The notes below the pieces were generated by a model that was given only the letters and a program-made list of their open reading frames with translations, made no database searches and had not been told where the DNA came from. A DNA stretch of 64,000 nt from Ptychomitrium polyphyllum. Taxonomy: Eukaryota. The DNA lies in the NCBI GenBank assembly GCA_973851085.1, contig OZ316775.1:21576001-21640000 (forward strand), given 5' to 3'. A program made the translations under genes and the position numbers. Shown here piece by piece: positions 39,901 to 51,633 of the stretch (position 1 is its first letter; every line of letters begins with the position of its first letter).

Positions 39901-42900
39901 ATAGTGTAGTAGGTGTAATCTTTTCTTAAATCAAAATTTCATATGTTTTATGAAGAAAAGGGTTGATTAACAAACCTCATGAAAACTTGTGTAAATTTCA
40001 TTTGAAAAAATCTTTGAACATATTACATAGATTCTGCGTTAATGCTAATAGATTTTTTGAGATTATGCAAATGACATGTGGACATATTTGAAATTTTTAA
40101 TAGACTTATTTTCTTTGTATTGTATTTGTCATACTTGACATATTTTATTTTTTCATATTATTGTTTTAAAGCTTTAGATTGAAATCCTACGTACATACTT
40201 TCAATCTTATTTGGATTTTTAAATAACATATAGAGTCCATGTTGTGTGCTTTGAAATACTTAATTTTTCAATTGCAAACTTTCATTGATTGTAAGGTTCA
40301 ACAATATACTTATATGAATTCCAATGTTGTATATTTTTTTGTATAATGCAAATAACTTCAATAAAATTGTATATGCAAGCATAGCTTTCAAAGTTGCATA
40401 TTACACATGTTGCACAATTATGATTTTTTAATTAATATGTATAATAATGAAACGGTTTGCAATATTCATTTAAAAGAGTTTTGCCTATATCCAGTTGATG
40501 GCTTCCAAATTTAATTTTTTTTTGAGTAAGCAATGCCTCAACATCTTTGTATCTAAAATTTTAACACAATAAGCAAAGATATCAAAATCAAGGTTTTAAC
40601 AATATAATCTTATAAAATATAAAGAATGAATATGTTGAATTTTAAATTCCGTATCTTACACTATAAACTTCAAAATCCAATGGCTAAATTTTCAAAATTT
40701 AAGCATGATTTATTTATAAAAAATACAATATTTGTAAATATTATCATTTAAACTTTGGTTAAAGAACTTCAAAGTTAAAAAAATTTAGAAATGAAAAATA
40801 TCAAATCAAATGTAGCAAAATTAAAATTAAAGCATTTTCTTCTTTTTATATTTTTTATGACAATCAACTAATAAAATATTAATTTCCTTTCTACAATGAA
40901 CTTAAAAATAATATATCAAAACTAAAAATTATGTTAAATGGATTTTAATAAGTAAAAATCAAGACTAAAAACAAAAATTAAAAAAGAATATAAAAACGGT
41001 TTTTTGAAATACTAAGATGGAGTCAAAGTTATCTTCATACTTATTCAAAAGAAATTAAATAAAAAAGGATGTTAAAATTCTGAAAATTAATTATATCCTA
41101 TATGATAAAACAATTGGAATTCAAATGCCTACATTCACTACAATATCATCTTTCCATGTTACCTAGTCTTCCATAATTTCACTTGTAAGGCTGTAACTGC
41201 TTAGAATTTTACATTCACAAGATTTTTGTAACAAAGCTGCTAGGATTACATTAGGGTGGTACAAAGTCAAGGTGCATAAATATGGTGTGGTGCAAAGTGA
41301 CCACCCATCATTAATTCTACTTTAGCCAACGATAATTCATTCAAAAATTGTATAATTTGGATTAATATTTTAAACTTTATTTTTCTTAATAATTAAAATG
41401 TGTATATTTATATTAAAACAAATTGTAATCAGGAATTCAAAAGTTATTTACAAGTTTACAACAAAATGAAAATAACAATTATTACCTTCCAAATATTTTA
41501 AAATAGAGTGTCATTATAATGAGTATTTAATTTTTTTAACTCTTACATTTGTTTCCAATCACCTTGGAATTGTTTAGAAGGGTAGATTTGAAGATGTTGC
41601 CTAATTACATATTTTTTTGTGTAAAAATATAAATTCATTGTATTCATATTCACATTAATTTTTAATTTTTTTTTTCTAAATTTGAATTATATATTTTTCT
41701 CCCTGGTTCTAGGTATCAATTCCTCCAACATATGCAATCTTTGTAATTGAAATTAAAACTAAAAATAAAAATAATTTCGTACTTATGTAAGCATTCTGGG
41801 TATGCAAAGTTAATTATTTGCAGATGACCCAAAAATATCCTTGTCGAATTACTGAAAAATGGTCTTTTTTAGGTGAAAGGCGACCATTTGGTTATTTAGC
41901 TACAATGTTGTTGAAATTATTTAGAATTTTTTGTTCAAAATTTTAAAGACTCCTATGTTGATTATTCTTTTATGAAGTAAATTCTATTTGAAAACTATTG
42001 TTTGACTAATAAACAACTCCTTGTAAATTTATTATCAAAAACTTAGTAGAATGGCAAAACTTTCATTTCTCATTAAATTATAAAATGCCTATTGTGTATA
42101 TATTTTGTATACCAATGTTATGTTAATACACCTTTTTTAAGCACCCACATGATGCACTGTAAAAATGCATTATTCACCTTCTGGAATGAAAGCTTCTTAG
42201 CTTGTTGGATCCTAGAAATTCAAACAATCTCATTGATAGATTGTTTAGTGAATTAATTCTAAACTGATATGTGTTGTAAGTATTGCAATAATTTAGATTC
42301 AAAATATTTGAACATCTTATTTTTTATAAAATATGCTTTTATTCTATGCATATGTAAGGCATAGGGCGGTTTAAAGCCTAGGTGGCAATGTTTGAACTTA
42401 CTACACTATTGCTTATATTTTATAGTATTTCTTCACCTACAATACTATCCATTTACATAAACAATTACTTGGTCATTTAAGATGTATCTCTAATATAATA
42501 ATATATAAGCTAAGAGCAACCACTCCTAATCTTTTCATGTGCTATTGGACTTTGGCATGTACGTTGGGAGGTCCAAAGTGATGCTTTTAGTCATGATGAA
42601 TTGGATTTTCATTTGACAACTTATTTTCAAGTTTGATATGAATTTGAAAAACTAAAAGTTGAAAACTCCATCAAATAGCTTATAGTTACTATTCTCCTTA
42701 ATTTGTTCCAATAATGACAAGCCAATAATGATAAAATGTTATGCATTGAAACAATGTTCAATACATTTCAAATATTGTCATAATACCTAAATTATACCTA
42801 CTCCTTTGCCATTCAACATTTTAATATTTACTTGCTTAAAATTAAGCAACATCCATATCCCATACTATATGACTTGCAAAAACCACATCCAAAAAAATAC

Positions 42901-43879
42901 ATTGTAGTTTTTTATTATTAATATAAATTAAGATATCAATCCTTATATCCATTAGTATATTTATATGCTTTGTCATTCAAATTTCATTCTATCAACCACT
43001 AGACATCAATCACATGTATACCACTAATTATAAATTTTTTATCTTGATAGTGAATGGTATTTTTTATAAATAATAATGCATGTTTGTCTTATAATTAATG
43101 AAACAAATAGCAATAGATTTTGAGGCAAAAAACACAAATTTTTGAAACAGGGGTTTTGACACTTGAACTTGAATAAATTCTTAATATGAATGTTTAAAAT
43201 GAATTGGTAGGGATACAATAGAAGACATATTTATATTGTTTTCAATAATTACTAATTCTGAATTTAATTTTTTTTGGATTTGGTGAGTGACCATTTATTA
43301 TCGTTTTAGAAGAGTTTAAGGTAACACTTTCAGATAATTCATTGATCTAAAACTACTCGTCTTGTAAGTCTAAATATGGGTACTTCGCCACATTTTTCCC
43401 AACACTCCATTCAGCCTCATGATTGTATTAGCTGTGCTGTATTTATTAATTAGTGTGGGCAGCCCGACAATTGCAGCAGGGGAGAGGTCATGAGTGAGGA
43501 TGGATGAATAACACTTTTACAGGCAGGTCTGCAATCAAACTGGTCCTACTGCACTACTAATGCTTGGGCTACATGCTACAATATGGCAAGCAGGGAGAAA
43601 AATCCAAACAGTAGAAGTTGGAGATAAATGATTTGGACACAGTCATGGAATGTCAACTTGGTGAGACTTCAATTCTATAGGACCCCACCACAAATCTACA
43701 TCATCATAAACGGCCCTTTCAAGTTGCTCAATACCTTGAGATGAAGAATATTGTATGAGAAGTGTGCCTGCAGACGGATGCCACAGAAGAAGTGGTGGCT
43801 GCTAGCTAGTGTAGCTTCTGCAAAAATAAAAAGGAAAACGAAGCACATGCATGAATGTACCTAGTTATAATGGGATGAG

Positions 43880-44620
43880 CCTCTTCTGTCTACCTCCTTA
43901 TTATTGAATGAGATGTGAGTTTTAAGTGGAATATTGAACTACATAGCAATATTCACTATGGTCAAATTATTTGTGCTCATACGAAGTATTTTCTTCTTTT
44001 TAGACTACTGCAAAGTACATGGCCATCACCTTTGAATTGTACAATACATGTGGAGGAGCATACTGCCCTTTGGCTTTGCTTGTCATTGGACCCACTCTTG
44101 GTGTGGCTGGCTCGAGCAAACTTTGCGTGTTGTGGGTTTTTGGAAGTGTTTTCTCATATTATAATGATTAGTGCAGGTTGTTTTGCCGTAGAGATAAGTT
44201 ACAGATTCATAAAAAGCAACTCAACTTCAGTATGATCATGCGGCAGACTCGTGAATTTGGACAATTTTGGTGCATGGAATATTAGGTACAGGAATGTGGA
44301 TAGTGACCACTGACCATCATTTGGCTCTTGGTTTCAAGGCAATGTGTCTTGGAATTGGTGAAGAGATCTTGCTTGGATTTCAAATTGGAGTTTGGCTTCC
44401 AATATTCTATGATAGAGAAGAGATAATGCTGGTGCTGCTATTGATGGATTGATTCATCATGTGCGAAAGAGATTGAGCCACACTGTTGCAAGTGTGCTGG
44501 GCTTGTCTCCATATTCAACATCATCATTTTGTTGGTGTACATCATGCCATGGGCCGATGATGGCAATGGTTCATTCTCTTTGTCCCCACCTCCCAAGTGG
44601 ATTCAAAGCAAGAGTTGGGT
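43880..44620 (+). pseudogene. Probable heavily decayed F-box (beta-propeller type) pseudogene
   Basis: Across frames it reads LPPYY*MRC / VSFKWNIELHS (F-box end-like), YFLLF, ALWLCLSLDPL and SYRFIKSNSTSV/YDHAADS*. The motif order parallels the intact neighbour (CVCKRWRALIAS, YFPMV, WQRLAPLNF, AYKIITISATCKTEVYDNSSKSW). Motif-level similarity only. Confidence 0.4.
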
Positions 44621-46904
44621 AGGGTGGTCTCACAGTTCACCATGTGATGCACTCTAGGAATCCAACTTTGAGGCTCTTTGGTAAGGGTTCCTATCCTTCC
44701 CTTTTGTTTTCTTTATTTGGGCGCAAATTGACATTTGGTCAATTGGGTACTCTGTCTTTTCAACTGGAGAGCATGTGTAGTCAACTGGTGCAGCGGCGCC
44801 CAACTTTGTCCGTCACAGAGAGGAACGTCAATGAGTGTCATAGGATTCCAACAACACTGAAGGAATTCTATTGCACATCTCCAGGAGTGTTAGATTCCGA
44901 GAACGACTTTTGCCACTTGACAGACTATTGCACTCTGCAGAAAGATATAAATGGACATGTTATGCATGCACACAGGGGCTTACAAATCTCTTGAGAAGTA
45001 AGAAAGGATGTTGTATAATACATGGCATCTCATGGGCAACACATTTGGGAAAAAAGAGGACCAATCTTCAAACATTTCCGCTGCAAAGTGCACAAGTACT
45101 TCCCTGACCTGTGCTCGATTAAACTTTCGACACCATCGAAATACTTCTACGTCCTGCCTCGTGAAGCCACTTGGATTAGTGCCTGTGCATCAGAGGAGAT
45201 GATCAGGTTCAGCTTGTCATCAAAGAAGCTGATCACGGCAACTAGAACTCATGTCAAGGAGCCGTAGATTTCATCTAAAGTGAGCGGCCACATCTGTCCT
45301 ACAAATGACCCGATGAACTCGTAACTGAAGTCACACAGAAAAATACCCAACAAAGAGCTTTCCGCATGGGTACACTCGTACCCATTTATTCTTTAAATTT
45401 AAACCTCTTGGCCAACTTTGGTATACGTGGAACCTGCTACTGCGTGCTAATCAACTGAGTACTAATCTCGGTTGTCGCTTCAGTGGGTGCTACAAAATCC
45501 CTTAGAATATGCCATCTAGTATTGGGCCCAATCGAAAGAGGGTTTCCACGCGCTGGTCACGTCCTCATACAAATCTCGTATGATTATTGGGTTCTTGGCC
45601 ACATCCATTCAAGGTTGAACACTCACATATCACTCCTTGGAAAACTTTTCTACTATGCTAGACTTAATTAAGATGTTAAATATCAGGTGGAACTTAACTT
45701 GCTGGCCTTACCTGATTGAAGCTCTGCTTAAAGCATTTCAAAACACACCCTCATTGACACTTGCAGCTGCATTATAACCCAAGTTTCCAATGGCCACTGT
45801 TGCCAAGACAGTAACACATCAGCTCAAGAAGTGCTTATTTATATCCTTGCGAAGATTCCACAAAACTTGTTAGCTCCTTGTCTAACTTGGCAATAACATT
45901 AATTTGAATCCAAACCTGGTGGTACATCAGAACGATTGGCATGCAATATCATGATCTAGAGAAGACCGTTAACAAGGAAGGTGGTTGTCTATGCAAAATC
46001 TTACGATATGTAAGTTGCTTGAGAACAGCAGTCGCTGATGCCTCAAGATCTGCAACCCTGACCGGTCCTGGATTAGTAAAACACAGCCTGGGCACACTTC
46101 TGAAGGATGAAAACAACTTGTTCAGTTAAGGAAATGGAATGACCGTATACAGAGTCAATGGGTTAAAAACCGTTGTAAATATCAAACAAACCCAGCTACT
46201 GGGTATCCAACTTTCAATTTACATATGTGCTACCAGCTGCATAGAAGATGAATACTACATATGAAACAGTTTACAATAATCAACAATATGCTAAAAGTCA
46301 TACAATGTAAAGTATATCTGAGATATAGGTTATGAAGAGATATATGCCATCTGTAGTATTAACAAGACATGTAGCATGTTTTCTTGTTAAGGTCAAGCCT
46401 CAGGTAGATAACTGAAGGTTGAAGCTTATTAGAGAGATTAGCCAATCTGAAACACACCTCCTCGTGAATCGGTCAAGAATCTCCTGCACAAACAAGGACA
46501 CAATATAGCTGTAGATAAGAGTAAAGACGGCCTCCCCGTCTATCTTCACACTGAATAGGAATAGTAGTAACTATACCAGAGAAAACGGAGGAAGAACCTT
46601 CTCTGTAAACAGAATTAGCATCTCCCATGCCAAGTATGTATCAGTTAATTTCATAACCATCTTTGTCATCTAAACTCTGGATAGAGGTACGTCCTTGCAA
46701 CACGATCTATCTCCATTTCAAGAAAAGCTTACAAGCCGAAACTTCACCAAACTGAAACCGTGTCTTTGACAATCTCTTCTTAATACGAACGTAACAGTAG
46801 TTTGACAGTATTGTCTTGAAGATGGGGACTATTAAGCGGGACTTCGTGAAAATCCGCTTACTGTAATGGTGCATTAGCAGAATCGTGAAAATTTAGCGTA
46901 AAGC

Positions 46905-47350
46905 TGTCTTGAGATTATGGAAAGTACTACAGAAGATGTGTAGAACTCTATCGGAAATGCACATTGTGAAGTGATGTAATGGTACCTTGATGAACAATGT
47001 GTAATGCTGGTTAATCGTCGTCTGCATCAAGCGGGATCGGTTCGCAGCAAGGGCGGCGAAACCTCGGAGCCATTGGAGCCAACATTTTTGTAAAGAAAGT
47101 ACAACAGTGCGAGAAGAAATATCCCCGCCACCGTGTATTGTGCCTAATCGGAATTGACATCCTCCTAGTCCTAGCTAAAGGCAGGTCTGACTGCGATTGT
47201 TGTGTCTGTACCATTTTTGTCATGGGTACCTTCAAAACCATCTCCATCATTAGGTGCAATATAGGATCGTATTGCAGAATTAAAGTAGTAAATTTGTCCG
47301 AGTACAAGAGCCAACTGCTACATACACTACTTAGCACGAAACTCTTGCAT
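46905..47350 (-). pseudogene. Copy A of an inverted paralog pair; frameshifted remnant of an unknown membrane-segment protein
   Basis: Alignable by eye to 49020-49420(+). Reads DPILHLMMEMVLKVPMTKMVQTQQSQSD...RTRRMSIPI, then a 1-nt deletion, then AQYTVAGIFLLALLYFLYK. Confidence 0.5.
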
Positions 47351-49019
47351 GGTCTCCTCCTGCAAGTAGCATCCATGATTTCCAGCAGTCAGAATCTGAG
47401 GTTAGCAATTGTCAATCAAGGGTAATGAAAGATTACTACCTGGAATGAGAGAAGTGAGGAATAGATGTAGCAACTCCAACGAATAAGATGCCTCGTTGCC
47501 ACAGATGCTGCCTGTGGTGTAAATCCCAACTGCACAGAAATACTTCAATACACCAAGTTGGAAACTGGTGAAGCTCAAACCACGACAATTTTTTTTAAAA
47601 ACACCTCCAATTCATTCTTAAACCCCAAACCCTGTAACGCAGTGCTCAAGGTATAACGTGCCTCCATCCGACCACAGCCAATAAGAAGACTTCTACACAG
47701 CGATCAAGCTTTTCATCAACTTCCTGTATCCATCTTGCTCAATCTTCTTGCAAGGTTGAGAAGATGGGAAACTTCGACTACAGTCATCATAAGTGCTATC
47801 AGGCAGCGGAACTCAAGACATTAGGACCCTCTACACATGCTCCGCACAACAACTAAATATTCCAACCTAACCGCGCCCTGATAACAAAATTCTCCAACCT
47901 CTAAATGTACTCCAGAGAGGGAATTGCCGGTTGCTCACCTCTCTCTATCCCTTTTCATTAGCTAGAAACTACCGTCATTTGCAAACCTCCAAAACCCAGC
48001 TTCTCAAACTCTGCCAGGAATTCACAACTCATTACGATACACTTCTTGGCCTAGAAAAAGAGCCTTGGATTCCCGTCGAGAGTTAGACAAAGGCGAAGGA
48101 ACATCGCTGCGGAAACGCAAATGGCAGAGGCCGTCACAGCAGCGTCCTCCCCGAATCGCAGGAGATTGAGCACGCCTTCTGGCCTTCAAGCAGCCATGGT
48201 TCATACTTTCCGGATCCCACCACTCAAGTCACATAATTCCAATGCCAAAATCAAAACAATGCAAGCTGCCAATCCTCACTCACGCGCAGATGGAAAACAT
48301 GAGTCGAATCCTAAAGGCCCACTTCCATGGGGGCATTCTCGCTCCAAGACACAGGACAGAGTCTTCATGATCTATACATTCTAGAAATCTACGAAAGGTA
48401 GCTCAACAAAGTTTTTCTATCAATAAGCAACTTCTTCAGGCTTCCATTTGGTGTATGTGATGAGCAGGGGTACGATGGTCAGATTGATTCGTTCTCGGTG
48501 TGCGTTTGAGACTGTGATGTGCATTTCTGTGAGCGAATTCCATGAAGGTTTATGTGTTTCTAACTTAGCCGTCCCGTGGAGGTGAGCTTTCTTTTTATTG
48601 CTGTTGAACCGGATTATGCTTTCACCGTGAAGGGGTTCTGCGAGGCAGAGATCTGAAGAGGTGCCACCTTCTGGTGCGTTGTCCAAAGTTCTCAGTTTGT
48701 AAGGCCCACCAGGATTGAATCTGTTCGCAACTCGTTGCCCGTGGCTGGGGTTCCTGGTTGGATCTGCTGTTGGTGGCAATGAGTTTTCTGCATTGTAGCG
48801 TCAGGTTTGCTTGCAATATGGACGTCGAAAGAGATGTTTATTAATGGATCGTCCATCTGGCAATGCTGCAGCAACTCTTACATGCTTGGTCGGAGACGGC
48901 GACAGACGTGGTTGAAGTCATGCGACGAGGGATATGTATATCGACAAAGATGTGGAGCACAAGTTTTGGATGCCCATGGGAGTGGCAGCTATTGCATGCG
49001 CAGCCACACTCATTTACAG

Positions 49020-49420
49020 AAAGTTTCGTGCTAGGTGGGTATGTCACAACTGGCTCTTGTACTCACATAGATGTACTGCTGTAGTCTTGCAAACGATCCT
49101 ATGTTGCACCCGATAATGGAGGTAGTTTTGGAAGTAACCCTGTCAAAATTGGTACAGACGCAACAATCGGACTCGGAGTCTTTAGTGATCAAGATCGAGG
49201 AGGATAACGATCCCGATTGAGGCACAGTACGCGGCGGCGGGGTTAATTCTTCTCGCAGCGTTTGTCTTTCTCTTCAAAACATTTGCTTCAAGGAGATCGG
49301 TTTACCCTTGCCGTCAAGACTGACCAGCATTACAGACTACTCACACAGGTACCAGGACATCGGTTTACAATGTGCACTCCCAGCAAAGTTTCTTCAAATC
49401 TTCTGTAGTGCTTTGTATCT
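49020..49420 (+). pseudogene. Copy B of an inverted paralog pair; frameshifted remnant of an unknown membrane-segment protein
   Basis: Reads DPMLHPIMEVVLEVTLSKLVQTQQSDSE, then a frameshift, then SRSRRITIPIEAQYAAAGLILLAAFVFLFK. Shares many DNA blocks with the reverse complement of 46905-47350. Confidence 0.5.
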
Positions 49421-49934
49421 CGGCAAAGGATTTCCATATTCTTTAGAAATGCTTTCCATGGTCGTTCTCTGAGTTTCGAGCTCTCAGTACTGTAACCTCA
49501 GAGTCATGCAGAAAGTGGACAAAGATAATGAGATCACTAAACTCTCACCTCCCTGATCTTGACGCAGATGACATTCAGGACGTGGAGGTTTAAAATCTGC
49601 AGAGTCAATCGTGGAACTGGCAGACTAATGAGTGATTCAGATGCTATGCATTCACTCAACGATGTAAGTGAACATGCTCTCTTGAACATCGGAAATTTCC
49701 ACAAACTCTTGATGATAAGAGCAAATTGGGAGTACGAATCAATTCTGTTTAAACACAGGAATTCTTTTAGAGCTAATAAGCCTAACAAGCTGTCTGCAGT
49801 GTTGTGGGTTACAGTGCCTTCATGGAACTGAGATGGTTTAGGAGTTGCCGTATTCATGCATTCCGTATCCAGTGGTTTCCAAGTCTAAGAGAAGGGGTGA
49901 ACGATGGAGAAGATTATGAGCATTTGACGGATCC

Positions 49935-51194
49935 ATGATGGAGTCCTCGAGAAGTTTTTGGAAGAGGTTCTGGAAAGGTAGCAACGATCGGCGGAATAGC
50001 CCCGGCATGATGAACCGGTGGATGGCCAAGAGGAACCGGGAAGAGAAAGGGACCGCATCATTGAAAGCTGAACAACCCCTGAAGCTCAAGGCCGAGAAGC
50101 TGCCAATGGAAGCTGTGGAAAGAATTCTGGCACACTTGCCTCTCCCGGCTCTCGTTCGCACGCGCTGCGTCTGCAAACGATGGCGTGCTCTCATTGCGTC
50201 CCCAAGGTTTCTGAGCGCAAGGGCTGAGGTTCCAGCTGTGGCAAATCCACCCTACTTCCCCATGGTGTTCTCCCAAAGCTACGGCCGCAAGTGCTGCGCT
50301 TTCGACTTCGCCAATTACCGGTGGCAGCGTCTAGCGCCCCTGAACTTTGTTCCGTACAAGGTGACCTACGTCGCAGGGGCTGGAGGGCTCCTGTGTCTTC
50401 GCAATTGTTTTGAGTTGCTCGTGGTTTGCAATCCCATCACCCGGCAGTGGAAGAATCTGCCGAGATCCTCAGGACAGCTCTGTGTGGGCCAGAGCCTCAT
50501 CCACATGGTTTTTGAGCCCGCTTCGAAAGCCTACAAAATCATCACGATCTCGGCAACATGTAAGACGGAGGTCTACGACAACAGCTCCAAGAGTTGGAAC
50601 ATCACCTCACACAACTTGCCACCTGGAGTGACCTGCATCCGGGGCCGCACTGCCGCCTTCTGCAACGGGTTTCTGTACTGCATTGTGGACGAGGGCGTGG
50701 GCTCCAAGCTCAGCGGCGTCATCGCCCACGACGTGCAGCTCGCAGCGTGGAGCTCAATGCTGATCGCATTGCCGACCGGATTCGGCGAAGCAAGATCGTC
50801 CAACTCGTTGCAACCTGGTAGCCTCGCAGCGTCGTTGGTGGAGTGCAGGGGCCGCGTGGTGCTGGTGGCCGAAAAGATGCAACTTGGGGTCACTCTGATC
50901 CACATTTTTGAACTGCAGCTAATGAATATCACCTGGCTTGAGGTTGCGTCGCTCCCGTATGAAATCGGCGCTGGCTCTCCATTTGAGAGCTTCAAGCAAG
51001 GCCTGCGGTGCGATGGCGTAGTGGTGTACGGGGACTTGATCTGCCTCACAAGCCAGAGTGGCGATATGGCAGTGTTGGACTTCACAACGGGAATGTGGAA
51101 GCGGCTGCCTGAGTGTCCTCTCTCGGTCGGGAAGAACCCAGAAATCGACATCGCCGTGTTCCCTTTTCTGCCTTCTCTTGACGCTCCCGTGTGA
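49935..51194 (+). CDS. F-box protein with C-terminal kelch-like/beta-propeller region, intronless, 419 aa
   Basis: F-box motif LPMEAVERILAHLPLPALVRTRCVCKRWRALI, followed by GGLLCL, VVCNPITRQWKNLP, TEVYD...W, FCNGFLY, LVECRGRVVLV and FPFLPSL, the usual plant F-box propeller pattern. Confidence 0.92.
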   Translation: MMESSRSFWKRFWKGSNDRRNSPGMMNRWMAKRNREEKGTASLKAEQPLKLKAEKLPMEAVERILAHLPLPALVRTRCVCKRWRALIASPRFLSARAEVPAVANPPYFPMVFSQSYGRKCCAFDFANYRWQRLAPLNFVPYKVTYVAGAGGLLCLRNCFELLVVCNPITRQWKNLPRSSGQLCVGQSLIHMVFEPASKAYKIITISATCKTEVYDNSSKSWNITSHNLPPGVTCIRGRTAAFCNGFLYCIVDEGVGSKLSGVIAHDVQLAAWSSMLIALPTGFGEARSSNSLQPGSLAASLVECRGRVVLVAEKMQLGVTLIHIFELQLMNITWLEVASLPYEIGAGSPFESFKQGLRCDGVVVYGDLICLTSQSGDMAVLDFTTGMWKRLPECPLSVGKNPEIDIAVFPFLPSLDAPV

Positions 51195-51633
51195 GAATAT
51201 CTCTCCCACACCTTTTGTAACATGTTGCAAAACATGGAACCAAGTTCACTTTTGGGCCTCGCACATTAGCCAGTTTGTTCTGCCGCCTGCTGCAGCTCAA
51301 TCCTTTGAGGCCGGTAGAAAGAAAGGCAGAGTAGATGTTTCACACATGCAATTTTTTTTCAGATTCTTCGCACATTCTTGGACAGTGAAGGGTAGTGAGG
51401 GATACCATAAAGGAGAAAGCAGAGGAAAGCAAATGAGAATGTGGGATGAGCATGGCAGCTCGAATCCAGCATCATCTCGCCCCTAGTTACAGTTAATCCA
51501 GAACCAGCTAGCTCCTTGGGATACTCTGCAACTTGGAACCGAATAGTCCAATCGGGATCAATCACAGATTACAGGAACAGAAGACCAGGTTACAGAGAAA
51601 TCGGTTGAAAAACATGGAACGAAGTGTTAGAAA

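Noticed and set aside
44644..45267. Overlapping 64-116 aa ORFs in a GC-balanced block
   Set aside because: No recognisable motif or consistent exon chain on either strand; a gene call cannot be supported.
50573..51235. 220-aa minus-strand ORF
   Set aside because: Antisense shadow of the GC-rich F-box CDS; no recognisable domain.
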